64,000 bases of DNA, taken from Escherichia coli. Lineage in GTDB: Bacteria > Pseudomonadota > Gammaproteobacteria > Enterobacterales > Enterobacteriaceae. A program made the translations under genes and the position numbers. Positions 52,471 to 64,000 of this stretch are shown here, in pieces. The stretch is from assembly GCF_041886205.1 (NCBI RefSeq), contig NZ_CP169029.1, one strand, 5' to 3'. Within the stretch, counting starts at the first letter, position 1, and every line of letters starts with the position of its first letter. Under the pieces are notes generated by a model that worked only from the letters and a program-made list of their open reading frames with translations, made no database searches and was not told where the DNA came from.

Positions 52471-53946
52471 TTAAATATGATGAATAATCACTTTGTTGCC
52501 CCCCTCGCTTTTCGCTTCGCGTAAGGCTTTATCTGCTTCCGTCATGACAAGCGAGATATTACGCGTGTCACCCGTTGAAAAAACCGTGCCAATACTGATG
52601 GTCATTTGTTCAGGAACATCATATCTGTTACTAAAGCCGGTCAGGAGTTCGACATTTTTACGCATACGTTCCGCAATGATTTTTGCCTGGGCACTATTGA
52701 GTTCGGTAAATAGCAAGCCAAACACCTCACCCTCCAGTCGCGCTAAAATATCATCGGGGCGGATGCTTTGCTGGATAATATCGACAATTGAAACCAGCAC
52801 TTTATCACCCACACGATGTCCCCATTGGGCATTGATGCGTTTGAACTGATTAATATCAACCAGCATGACACAGAAGTCCTTAACAACAGGTCGCGACAAT
52901 AATGACTCTACGCTGTTGAAAAAGTAGCGCCGATTATAAATATTGGTCAGCACATCATGAACTGCCAGTTTGCTGGAGAGTTGCAGTTCCTGAAAAATGT
53001 TATAAATCAGAAAAGACACAACAAACAGTTTACTGGAGACTTCAATCCCGCGACTGATGTACCAGATGGTGTAATTATACTCATCCAGAGTCAGTAGAAG
53101 TAAGTTGCAGCATAGCGATGCCAGACATAATAATGCTATTAATGGCCATAGTTCGCTGGCTAATCGTGTACGCATGATAATAAAGAACAGTAAAAATGCC
53201 CACAGACAAACCAATATTTTTGTATAGTTGATTCCCCAGGTCGCAGTATGGTTGTCAGGACAGTAGTCGACGACATACAAAGAATAGTCAGCGTTATAAC
53301 TGCTCAGATTGTGTGCCAGAAGGGGAAAAACTAAAAAAGGAATCAGCGCCAGCAACAGGATTCCCGTTTTTTTCTTATTGTTGTCAAGGATGTTGTCTTT
53401 TCCATAACAAAAGAGTGCCAGCGAGGTTAAACAAATAAAACTGAGTTGGCGGAAAATATAGAAAATAGAAACATCATTCGACTTTGTCTGGATCAGTGTA
53501 CTGCCGTTAATTGGTTTATGGATAATTACAATGGTTTCAACTAAATAGATAAGGCCACTTAAAAATGCAAGGCTTAAAATGAGTGTTGGTAAAATTTGTT
53601 TGTTAGTGAAATATTTCATTAACATGAAAAGAAAAATGACGGCGTTAAGGAAAAACAAAGCCACAACAACTATCAGGTAATTCATCTGTGGGATGAGTTT
53701 TACATTTGTGTTTTCGTTATATAAGGTAGTAATGCAAAATAAAATTAACGTCAGCAATAAACTGAAAATAAAAAAGCTTTGAGCTTTTAATTTTTGTGTA
53801 CCCATAGAAACCATAAAAAGGAGAGCAATGTGAGTGCTGGATTTTATTGATGGCAGAGATATATAGTTTTGACCAAGATCAATTTTCGTTAACGATAAAA
53901 AATATTTAAAGAATAACCCCATGGAAATACGTGTTGACTGAATCAT
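52471..53946 (-). CDS. cdgI: CdgI (YeaI), membrane protein with degenerate GGDEF domain
   Basis: ORF track 491 aa; multi-TM N-domain; GGDEF position reads RLEGEVFGLL (degenerate); strongly AT-rich gene. Confidence 0.85.
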   Translation of the reverse strand: MIQSTRISMGLFFKYFLSLTKIDLGQNYISLPSIKSSTHIALLFMVSMGTQKLKAQSFFIFSLLLTLILFCITTLYNENTNVKLIPQMNYLIVVVALFFLNAVIFLFMLMKYFTNKQILPTLILSLAFLSGLIYLVETIVIIHKPINGSTLIQTKSNDVSIFYIFRQLSFICLTSLALFCYGKDNILDNNKKKTGILLLALIPFLVFPLLAHNLSSYNADYSLYVVDYCPDNHTATWGINYTKILVCLWAFLLFFIIMRTRLASELWPLIALLCLASLCCNLLLLTLDEYNYTIWYISRGIEVSSKLFVVSFLIYNIFQELQLSSKLAVHDVLTNIYNRRYFFNSVESLLSRPVVKDFCVMLVDINQFKRINAQWGHRVGDKVLVSIVDIIQQSIRPDDILARLEGEVFGLLFTELNSAQAKIIAERMRKNVELLTGFSNRYDVPEQMTISIGTVFSTGDTRNISLVMTEADKALREAKSEGGNKVIIHHI

Positions 53947-54059
53947 TTTTCCGAATGATTGTTTTCTGGAACTAAATTATGTAAAGGTTATGCTGTCATA
54001 TTTAAAGCGATTGTAAGCTAATGTATGTAATAAATGAGATAATTTACAGTAAGCTAAAA

Positions 54060-54088
54060 ATCAGCCAGGCGATAATGACCTGGCTGAT
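54060..54088 (-). terminator. intrinsic terminator after yeaH
   Basis: atcagccagg-tcattatcg-cctggctgat hairpin followed by T-run on minus strand. Confidence 0.45.
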
Positions 54089-54092
54089 AGTT

Positions 54093-55388
<1,296 letters not shown>

Positions 55389-55440
55389 CTACATTTGCCA
55401 ACTGTATGCTACGCCTGTGTTGCCGCTTCTCAGGCCCACG

Positions 55441-55475
55441 GTTCGCTGTCGTTGTAGGCCCGGTAACATGTGTAC
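55441..55475 (-). terminator. hairpin (possible attenuator) between yeaG and yeaH
   Basis: ggcccggtacacatgttaccgggcc palindrome in the 112 bp yeaG-yeaH spacer. Confidence 0.45.
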
Positions 55476-55488
55476 CGGGCCAGGGTTG

Positions 55489-57423
55489 TTAAGACGATTT
55501 ACGTACGCGCAAATACCATTCGCACAGTAAACGCACCTGTTTACGGGTGTAGCCTTTTTCCATCATACGGTCGACAAAGTCGTCGTGTTTCTTCTGCTCG
55601 TCGGTTGACGTTTTGGCGTTAAACGAGATAACCGGCAACAGCTCCTCGGTATTGGAGAACATTTTCTTCTCGATGACCGTGCGCAGTTTTTCATAGCTGG
55701 TCCAGTTCGGATTGCGTCCGCTGTTATTCGCTCTGGCGCGCAGTACGAAGTTAACAATCTCGTTGCGGAAATCTTTTGGATTACTGATCCCCGCCGGTTT
55801 CTCGATTTTCTCCAGCTCGGCGTTAAGAGACTCGCGGTCAAACAGCTGCCCGGTATCCGGATCGCGATACTCCTGATCCTGAATCCAGAAATCCGCGTAG
55901 GTAACATAACGGTCGAAAATGTTTTGCCCATATTCGGAATAGGATTCAAGGTAGGCCGTCTGGATCTCTTTGCCGATAAACTCGGCATATTTCGGGATCA
56001 GATAACCTTTCAGGAACTCCAGATAGCGTTCTGCCTGCTCTTGTGGGAACTGCTCGCGCTCAATCTGCTGTTCCAGGACGTAGAACAGATGGACCGGGTT
56101 TGCTGCCACTTCTACATGATCGAAGTTGAACACGCGGGAGAGGATCTTAAACGCAAAACGCGTCGACAGACCGTTCATCCCTTCATCGACACCGGCGTAG
56201 TCACGATATTCCTGATACGACTTGGCTTTGGGATCGGTGTCTTTCAGACTTTCGCCATCATAAACCCGCATCTTTGAATAAATGCTGGAGTTTTCTGGCT
56301 CTTTCAGGCGCGAAAGAATGGAAAAACGTGACAGTGTTTCGAGCGTGCCAGGGGCGCATGGGGCGTGAGTCAATTCACTGTGATTAAGCAATTTCTCGTA
56401 GATTTTGATCTCTTCGGAAATGCGCAAGCAATACGGCACCTTCACGATGTAAACACGATCGAGGAAGGCTTCGTTGTTTTTGTTATTACGGAAAGTGACC
56501 CATTCGGACTCGTTCGAGTGTGCGAGAATAATCCCGTTGAACGGCAGGGCGGAGATACCTTCCGTCCCGTTGTAGTTACCTTCCTGAGTGGCGGTTAACA
56601 AGGGATGCAGCACTTTAATCGGTGCTTTAAACATCTCAACGAATTCCATGATCCCCTGATTGGCGCGGCACAGCGCACCGGAATAGCCGTAGGCGTCCGG
56701 GTCATTCTGCGCGTAGTGTTCGAGTTTACGAATATCGACTTTCCCAACCAGCGCGGAGATGTCCTGGTTGTTCTCATCGCCGGGTTCCGTTTTGGCGATA
56801 GCAATTTGTTGCAGAATTGACGGCCAGACCTTCACTACCCGGAACTTAGTGATATCGCCACCAAATTCATGCAGGCGTTTTGCCGCCCACGGCGACATGA
56901 TGGTGCCGAGATAACGGCGAGGAATGCCATACTCTTTTTCCAGAATCTGCGCATCTTCCTGCGGATTGAAAAGACAGAACGGATGATCGTTGACCGGGCT
57001 ACGCTCACCGTTCGCGCTCAATACATAAATCGGTACGAGCTGCATTAATGATTTCAGTCGCTCAGCAAGCGATGATTTACCCCCACCCACAGGCCCCAGC
57101 AGATACAGGATTTGTTTCTTCTCTTCCAGCCCCTGAGCCGCGTGTTTCAGATAAGAGACAATCTGTTCAATCGCGTCTTCCATGCCGTAAAACTCTTCAA
57201 ACGCCGGATAACGTGCAATGACCCGGTTAGAAAAGAGTCGAGAAAGTCTGGGTTCCTGGGCTGTATCGACCATGACAGGCTCACCGATAGCCATCAATAG
57301 CCGCTCAGCCGCGTTGGCATAAGCACTGCGATCTTGCCGACAAGTGGTAAGAAACTCCTGCAGTGTGAACTCTTCGTCCTTGGCAGCTTCATATCGCTGG
57401 CGATAGTGATCGAATATATTCAT
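55489..57423 (-). CDS. yeaG: PrkA-family serine protein kinase YeaG
   Basis: ORF track 644 aa; P-loop LLGPVGGGKSSLAERL; PrkA architecture. Confidence 0.9.
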   Translation of the reverse strand: MNIFDHYRQRYEAAKDEEFTLQEFLTTCRQDRSAYANAAERLLMAIGEPVMVDTAQEPRLSRLFSNRVIARYPAFEEFYGMEDAIEQIVSYLKHAAQGLEEKKQILYLLGPVGGGKSSLAERLKSLMQLVPIYVLSANGERSPVNDHPFCLFNPQEDAQILEKEYGIPRRYLGTIMSPWAAKRLHEFGGDITKFRVVKVWPSILQQIAIAKTEPGDENNQDISALVGKVDIRKLEHYAQNDPDAYGYSGALCRANQGIMEFVEMFKAPIKVLHPLLTATQEGNYNGTEGISALPFNGIILAHSNESEWVTFRNNKNNEAFLDRVYIVKVPYCLRISEEIKIYEKLLNHSELTHAPCAPGTLETLSRFSILSRLKEPENSSIYSKMRVYDGESLKDTDPKAKSYQEYRDYAGVDEGMNGLSTRFAFKILSRVFNFDHVEVAANPVHLFYVLEQQIEREQFPQEQAERYLEFLKGYLIPKYAEFIGKEIQTAYLESYSEYGQNIFDRYVTYADFWIQDQEYRDPDTGQLFDRESLNAELEKIEKPAGISNPKDFRNEIVNFVLRARANNSGRNPNWTSYEKLRTVIEKKMFSNTEELLPVISFNAKTSTDEQKKHDDFVDRMMEKGYTRKQVRLLCEWYLRVRKSS

Positions 57424-57858
57424 GGTATGCCGTCCTTTCGTTTTTTAGCACAGGTTAAGAGCCGTTCATATGAATAGTAGAGGCTCCCGGAAGAGGTAAA
57501 CTGAACGACGTCTCTTGCTAAAACACAGCAACTCTCATGCCATTTTATCGACGATGAGAACAACGTGCCCGGTGATACACCTTCAAAATTAAGCGTAGAT
57601 GGCAAATGGAAAACTTGCCTGCACGGCTTTCTTAATTTCAATGGCATATCAACAACTCATCCATAAATTTTGCATAATTAATGTAAAGACCAGGCTCGCC
57701 AGTAACGCTAAATTCATTTGGCTGTAAGCGCGGTGTCATCCGCGTCAGGAAAATTAAACAGTTACTTTAAAAAATGAAAACGTAAAAAGGTTGGGTTTCG
57801 ATGTATTGACGGGTAAACTTTGTCGCCCGCTAAACATTTGTTTAAGGAATGATTAATT

Positions 57859-58605
57859 GTGACCAAACTCAAACTTCTGGCACTTGGAGTGCTTATCGCA
57901 ACGTCTGCAGGCGTAGCGCACGCTGAAGGTAAATTTTCCCTGGGCGCAGGCGTAGGTGTCGTTGAACACCCATATAAAGATTACGATACCGATGTTTACC
58001 CAGTACCGGTAATCAACTATGAAGGCGATAACTTCTGGTTCCGTGGCTTAGGTGGTGGTTACTACCTGTGGAATGACGCAACGGATAAACTTTCAATTAC
58101 CGCTTACTGGTCGCCGCTTTACTTTAAAGCGAAAGACAGTGGCGATCACCAAATGCGTCACCTGGATGACCGTAAGAGCACCATGATGGCTGGTCTGTCT
58201 TATGCTCACTTTACCCAGTACGGTTACCTGCGTACCACCCTGGCTGGCGATACCCTGGATAACAGCAACGGCATCGTCTGGGATATGGCCTGGTTGTATC
58301 GTTACACCAACGGTGGCCTGACCGTGACTCCGGGTATTGGTGTGCAGTGGAACAGCGAAAACCAGAACGAATACTATTATGGCGTATCGCGCAAAGAGTC
58401 CGCTCGCAGCGGTCTGCGTGGCTATAACCCGAACGACAGCTGGAGCCCTTACCTGGAGCTGAGCGCCAGCTACAACTTCCTCGGCGACTGGAGTGTTTAC
58501 GGTACCGCACGCTACACCCGTCTGTCTGATGAAGTTACTGACAGCCCGATGGTGGATAAATCCTGGACTGGCCTGATTTCTACCGGGATCACCTACAAAT
58601 TCTGA
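57859..58605 (+). CDS. mipA: MltA-interacting outer-membrane protein MipA
   Basis: ORF track 248 aa; signal peptide; beta-barrel-like C-terminal ...GITYKF. Confidence 0.9.
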   Translation: MTKLKLLALGVLIATSAGVAHAEGKFSLGAGVGVVEHPYKDYDTDVYPVPVINYEGDNFWFRGLGGGYYLWNDATDKLSITAYWSPLYFKAKDSGDHQMRHLDDRKSTMMAGLSYAHFTQYGYLRTTLAGDTLDNSNGIVWDMAWLYRYTNGGLTVTPGIGVQWNSENQNEYYYGVSRKESARSGLRGYNPNDSWSPYLELSASYNFLGDWSVYGTARYTRLSDEVTDSPMVDKSWTGLISTGITYKF

Positions 58606-58638
58606 TAATGCATCTTTCCAGGGCATTTTGTGCATAAA

Positions 58639-58662
58639 AACAGGGCGTCACGCCCTGTTTTG
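58639..58662 (+). terminator. intrinsic terminator after mipA
   Basis: aaaacagggcgtcacgccctgtttt. Confidence 0.5.
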
Positions 58663-58694
58663 CATTACGGTGGTGCAATACCTGGGAGGAAACA

Positions 58695-59549
58695 ATGCAA
58701 CAAAAAATGATTCAATTTAGTGGCGATGTCTCACTGCCAGCCGTAGGGCAGGGAACATGGTATATGGGCGAAGATGCCAGTCAGCGCAAAACAGAAGTTG
58801 CTGCACTACGCGCGGGCATTGAACTCGGTTTAACCCTCATTGATACCGCCGAAATGTATGCCGATGGCGGTGCCGAAAAGGTGGTTGGGGAAGCATTAAC
58901 CGGTCTGCGAGAGAAGGTCTTTCTCGTCTCTAAAGTCTATCCGTGGAATGCTGGCGGGCAAAAAGCGATAAATGCATGCGAAGCCAGTTTACGCCGTCTC
59001 AATACTGATTATCTCGATCTTTACTTATTACACTGGTCTGGCAGTTTCGCTTTTGAAGAGACTGTCGCAGCGATGGAAAAATTGATCGCCCAGGGAAAAA
59101 TCCGCCGCTGGGGCGTTTCTAACCTTGATTATGCTGATATGCAGGAACTCTGGCAGCTGCCGGGGGGAAATCAGTGTGCCACTAATCAGGTGCTTTACCA
59201 TCTCGGTTCACGAGGAATTGAGTACGATCTACTCCCCTGGTGCCAGCAACAGCAGATGCCGGTGATGGCTTACAGTCCGTTAGCCCAGGCCGGGCGGTTG
59301 CGCAATGGACTGTTAAAAAACGCGGTAGTCAACGAAATTGCACATGCTCACAATATCAGCGCGGCACAAGTATTGTTGGCGTGGGTGATCAGTCATCAGG
59401 GTGTGATGGCGATTCCAAAAGCGGCCACGATTGCCCATGTCCAACAAAATGCGGCTGTGCTTGAGGTCGAACTTTCTTCAGCGGAATTAGCTATGCTGGA
59501 TAAGGCATATCCGGCACCAAAAGGAAAAACTGCGCTGGATATGGTGTGA
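58695..59549 (+). CDS. yeaE: aldo-keto reductase YeaE
   Basis: ORF track 284 aa; AKR family. Confidence 0.9.
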   Translation: MQQKMIQFSGDVSLPAVGQGTWYMGEDASQRKTEVAALRAGIELGLTLIDTAEMYADGGAEKVVGEALTGLREKVFLVSKVYPWNAGGQKAINACEASLRRLNTDYLDLYLLHWSGSFAFEETVAAMEKLIAQGKIRRWGVSNLDYADMQELWQLPGGNQCATNQVLYHLGSRGIEYDLLPWCQQQQMPVMAYSPLAQAGRLRNGLLKNAVVNEIAHAHNISAAQVLLAWVISHQGVMAIPKAATIAHVQQNAAVLEVELSSAELAMLDKAYPAPKGKTALDMV

Positions 59550-59552
59550 TGT

Positions 59553-59587
59553 TGTGTGCCGGATGCATCGCACCCGGCACACAACAT
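59553..59587. terminator. stem-loop between convergent yeaE and yeaD (REP-like)
   Basis: gttgtgtgccgg-atgcatcgcac-ccggcacacaac, perfect 12 bp inverted repeat. Confidence 0.45.
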
Positions 59588-59596
59588 TAACGTAAA

Positions 59597-60481
59597 TTAA
59601 CGTTTCGCAACGCGAATGGATTGCGCCAGATGTGCAGGTTTCTCTTTGGTCACTTTTTGCGTTTCTGAAGCGTAAGCCGTTTCTACACAAACAAATGTTT
59701 TGTAGCCATCATCCGGCATATCGCCCATGCTAATTGAAAGCGCCGGTCCCGGGTTCCAGCCGACAACGTTCAGATGATGCTGGTGGCCTACGGCGATAAT
59801 ACGATTCAGCGCTTCATCATTAATCACGCTGCAATCTTGTGGATTCAGATACACGCGATCGGTACGGTCAGGGAAGGTCTGAATACCATCGGTCAGTACA
59901 TCTTCTTTCGCGTCATTCACTTTATCAATGAAGCGATCGCCCAGCCCACTGACGCTTACCTTAGCGATATCACCCACGTTAAAGTAGGTATGCAGGGCAG
60001 AGGTGGTTTCAAATTCGCCATGTGATTCAAGATCGATTTCACAAGTTTTACCCACGCGGAAATGCGCTAACAGCGTAAAGTCGTGCGGCCAGAATTTTTT
60101 CGTCTCTTCGCTTTGCGTCAATTCAAAAGTCAGCGCTACGCCATCAGCATCTTCATGATGTGATTTCAGCGTCCACGGCAGGTTGCGGGCAAAACCGTGC
60201 GCAGGCAGACCTTGTTGTGCCGCCGGACCAAACCACGGCCAGCAAACCGGTACGCCACCGCGAATAGCGACGCCATTTTTGAACGGTGTGTTGTTGCTCA
60301 ACCACAGAACTTCTTCTTCACCCGCAGGTTTCCACGAGAGAAGGTGTGCGCCCTGTAATGCAAAAGAGGCTTTTACCTGGGGATGATCGACCACAATGAG
60401 GTCCAGTTCATCCAGTTTACGACGGGAGAGGACAGGGGAGATTTGTTCGATGACCGGAAGGGCAAAAATTTTCTTAATCAT
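59597..60481 (-). CDS. yeaD: glucose-6-phosphate 1-epimerase YeaD
   Basis: ORF track 59597..60502; start moved to MIKKIFALPVIEQ giving 294 aa; aldose-1-epimerase-like. Confidence 0.85.
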   Translation of the reverse strand: MIKKIFALPVIEQISPVLSRRKLDELDLIVVDHPQVKASFALQGAHLLSWKPAGEEEVLWLSNNTPFKNGVAIRGGVPVCWPWFGPAAQQGLPAHGFARNLPWTLKSHHEDADGVALTFELTQSEETKKFWPHDFTLLAHFRVGKTCEIDLESHGEFETTSALHTYFNVGDIAKVSVSGLGDRFIDKVNDAKEDVLTDGIQTFPDRTDRVYLNPQDCSVINDEALNRIIAVGHQHHLNVVGWNPGPALSISMGDMPDDGYKTFVCVETAYASETQKVTKEKPAHLAQSIRVAKR

Positions 60482-60525
60482 GACGCAGTCCTTTAACTTC
60501 ATTTTATCAGGTAAAAAAAAGAGCG

Positions 60526-60552
60526 ACCGAAGTCGCTCTTTTTAGATCACAG
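60526..60552 (-). terminator. intrinsic terminator after gapA
   Basis: aaaaagagcgac-cgaa-gtcgctcttttt hairpin flanked by A/T runs. Confidence 0.5.
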
Positions 60553-60564
60553 TGTCATCTCAAC

Positions 60565-61572
<1,008 letters not shown>

Positions 61573-61901
61573 CTATTTGTTAGTGAATAAAAGGTTGCCT
61601 GTAAAATTACAAAAACCTTACGCAGCGTCAAGCGGAATCGTGTCAATCATTGCGACAAATCAATCCTGTGCCTAAGCATTACGCGACTGACTCGCCTCAC
61701 TCTTCCTTTGGGCTTGAGACCACATGGGGTCGGCGCCCCGAATTTTAAAGGGCAATTACGATAAAAATGTGATTTTCATCACGATTTAGGTGCAGCCATT
61801 TCGTCGAGATCAAGTTTAGGACAAAATTTTGCCAGTTGGTGTTAATGTTTTGTTAGAATCAGTCACGTAATGTGAGCACGATTAAAGTGAGATGTGAGCA
61901 A

Positions 61902-62315
61902 ATGGCTAATAAACCTTCGGCAGAAGAACTGAAAAAAAATTTGTCCGAGATGCAGTTTTACGTGACGCAGAATCATGGGACAGAGCCGCCATTTACGGGT
62001 CGTTTACTGCATAACAAGCGTGACGGCGTATATCACTGTTTGATCTGCGATGCCCCGCTGTTTCATTCCCAAACCAAGTATGATTCCGGCTGTGGCTGGC
62101 CCAGTTTCTACGAACCGGTGAGTGAAGAATCCATTCGTTATATCAAAGACTTGTCACATGGAATGCAGCGCATAGAAATTCGTTGCGGTAACTGTGATGC
62201 CCATCTGGGGCATGTCTTCCCCGACGGGCCGCAGCCAACGGGTGAACGTTATTGTGTTAACTCTGCTTCTTTACGCTTCACTGATGGCGAAAACGGCGAA
62301 GAAATCAACGGTTGA
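61902..62315 (+). CDS. msrB: peptide methionine-(R)-sulfoxide reductase MsrB
   Basis: ORF track 61872..62315; start moved to [12 protein letters not shown] giving 137 aa; CxxC zinc motifs and catalytic RYCVNSA. Confidence 0.9.
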
Positions 62316-62356
62316 AAAAACGATTCAGCAACTTATTCCACAGGAGCGGAAAAATT

Positions 62357-62629
62357 ATGAATCTTGATGACATTATCAACAGCATGACGCCTGAGGTATA
62401 CCAGCGTTTGTCGACCGCCGTTGAACTGGGGAAATGGCCTGATGGCGTTGCGTTGACCGAGGAACAAAAAGAGAACTGCCTGCAACTGGTGATGCTGTGG
62501 CAAGCCCGCCATAATACCGAAGCACAGCATATGACAATTGACACAAATGGTCAGATGGTCATGAAGAGCAAACAGCAGTTAAAAGAAGATTTTGGTATCT
62601 CAGCAAAGCCTATTGCCATGTTTAAGTGA
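62357..62629 (+). CDS. yeaC: DUF1315 protein YeaC
   Basis: ORF track 62312..62629; start moved to MNLDDIINSMTPEV giving 90 aa. Confidence 0.8.
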   Translation: MNLDDIINSMTPEVYQRLSTAVELGKWPDGVALTEEQKENCLQLVMLWQARHNTEAQHMTIDTNGQMVMKSKQQLKEDFGISAKPIAMFK

Positions 62630-62735
62630 ATGAGTTATCTAGTATTTAAGCCTGTTATTAAGGGAGGGCAAATATACTTGTTCGGACGTCGTGTTTTAGC
62701 TGCAAGTAGGTTAAATGCAACACTGACAAGTATTA

Positions 62736-62772
62736 TCTGGCCTACAATGTCATTGAGGAAATGTAGGCCAGA
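62736..62772. repeat. 11 bp perfect inverted repeat with 15 nt loop between yeaC and pncA (REP-like, GGCCTAC)
   Basis: tctggcctaca-atgtcattgaggaa-tgtaggccaga. Confidence 0.4.
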
Positions 62773-62789
62773 GATGAATTCAACTAAAA

Positions 62790-63431
62790 TTACCCCTGCG
62801 TCTCTTCCCAGTCTGCCAGCGTATATAGCGTTGCCCCAGCTGCTGACATCTCCATAAACGCGTGCGCACTGTCCTGGGGCTGGATATTCACGCCACGACA
62901 ACCATCGGTAATCACGTTTACCTTATAACCTAACTGTAACGCGTCCAGCACGGTAAACTTCACGCAATAGTCAGTAGCCAGGCCCATAACGATCAATTCA
63001 TCGATTTCATGATCGCGTAACCAGTCATCGAGAGAGGTTTTCTGCCGACGGCCGTTATCAAAAAAGGCACTGTAACTGTCAACTAAAGGATTTTCGCCTT
63101 TATGGAACACCGCTGCGATCGCTTTTTGGTTCAGTAACGGATGTAATTGTGCGCCTTCACTGTTCTGCACACAGTGATCTGGCCAGAAGGTTTGTGGCAA
63201 ACCGTCGAGTTGGCCTGGCGTATAAGGCTCTACACCGTGCTGACTGGCAAAACTGCCGTGATTCGCCGGATGCCAGTCCTGGCTGGCGATAACCGCTTCT
63301 CCGCGCGACTGGCACCAGTCAATAAGGCGGTTAGCGACATCCACCGTACTGTCACCTTCCGGCACGGCGAGCGCGCCACCAGCACAGAAATCATTTTGTA
63401 AATCGACCAGTAACAGGGCGCGAGGGGGCAT
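62790..63431 (-). CDS. pncA: nicotinamidase/pyrazinamidase PncA
   Basis: ORF track 62790..63449; start moved to MPPRALLLVDLQNDF giving 213 aa; isochorismatase-like fold. Confidence 0.9.
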   Translation of the reverse strand: MPPRALLLVDLQNDFCAGGALAVPEGDSTVDVANRLIDWCQSRGEAVIASQDWHPANHGSFASQHGVEPYTPGQLDGLPQTFWPDHCVQNSEGAQLHPLLNQKAIAAVFHKGENPLVDSYSAFFDNGRRQKTSLDDWLRDHEIDELIVMGLATDYCVKFTVLDALQLGYKVNVITDGCRGVNIQPQDSAHAFMEMSAAGATLYTLADWEETQG

Positions 63432-63441
63432 TGCAGTCTCC

Positions 63442-64000
63442 TTAATCATCCGGCGTCAGTTCGCCGCGCAGGTTTTGGCTCATGGCCTTGCGAATGTTTT
63501 CAGTATCCAGTTCCTGGCTAAGCAGGTAATGCAGTTTGGTTAACGTGGCTTCTACAGTCATATCTGCACCGCCAATAACGCCAGCATGGGCGAGGGCGTT
63601 ACCGGTGGCATAACCACCCATGTTCACTTTACCGGACATACATTGTGTCAGGTTAACCACCACAATACCGCGATCGCTGGCTTCTTGTAATTCCTGCAGG
63701 AAGGCTTTGTTTTGTGGCGCATTACCCACGCCATATGAGCGCAGAATCAATGCTTTCACCGGTTGGCGCAGAAAATTGCGCACGACGTCAGCAGAAATCC
63801 CTGGATAAATCGTCACTACGCCAATTGGTTGTGGCGTGATTGGATGAACGATTAATTCCCCTTCACCGTGCGGGGCGGGTGGCGTATTCAAACGACGAAT
63901 ATGGATACCAGCTTCCAGTAACGGAGGAAGGTTTGGAGAGGCAAACGCATCAAAACCATCGGCATGGGCTTTGGTAGTGCGGTTGCCGCGATACAATCGG
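63442..64000 (-). CDS. ansA: cytoplasmic L-asparaginase 1, C-terminal part only; gene continues beyond window end
   Basis: Minus-strand frame open to window edge; ORF track shows fragment from an internal TTG; ...VVNLTQCMSGKVNMGGYATGNALAHAGVIGGADMT... recognised. Confidence 0.9.
   Translation of the reverse strand, partial: RLYRGNRTTKAHADGFDAFASPNLPPLLEAGIHIRRLNTPPAPHGEGELIVHPITPQPIGVVTIYPGISADVVRNFLRQPVKALILRSYGVGNAPQNKAFLQELQEASDRGIVVVNLTQCMSGKVNMGGYATGNALAHAGVIGGADMTVEATLTKLHYLLSQELDTENIRKAMSQNLRGELTPDD

Noticed and set aside
58093-58635. 180 aa minus-strand ORF inside mipA
   Set aside because: Antisense shadow ORF.

Overview
This 64 kb window reads as Escherichia coli chromosome, collinear but in reverse orientation with the K-12 backbone from letA(yebS) to ansA: msrC-proQ-prc-htpX-yebQ-kdgR-yobH-mgrB-yebO-yobF-cspC-rlmA-mntP-yobD-manZYX-yoaE-pdeD-sdaA-nudL-pabB-yoaH-yoaC-[insert]-yoaB-yoaA-tsaB-yeaY-fadD-rnd-cntBA(yeaXW)-yeaV-dmlA-dmlR-leuE-yeaR-yoaG-yeaQ-yoaJK-dgcP-yoaF-yeaO-yeaN-yeaM-yeaL-yoaI-yeaK-dgcJ-cdgI-yeaH-yeaG-mipA-yeaE-yeaD-gapA-msrB-yeaC-pncA-ansA. 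Gene identities come from recognising the translated ORFs; no database search was run. The only clearly accessory segment is about 7.5 kb at roughly 23.1-30.6 kb, between yoaC and yoaB, which are neighbours in K-12 as I recall it. It carries a seven-gene chaperone-usher fimbrial operon on the minus strand, ordered major pilin, usher, chaperone, three minor pilins, tip protein. The usher appears to be interrupted by an in-frame TAG about 55 codons in, so the operon is probably cryptic in this strain. I found no rRNA, tRNA, CRISPR array, IS element, integrase or phage genes, and no convincing wholly novel system beyond this fimbrial locus. Gene starts refined from the ORF track are in-frame arithmetic; small genes and RNA elements not in the track were located by hand and may be off by a few bases.
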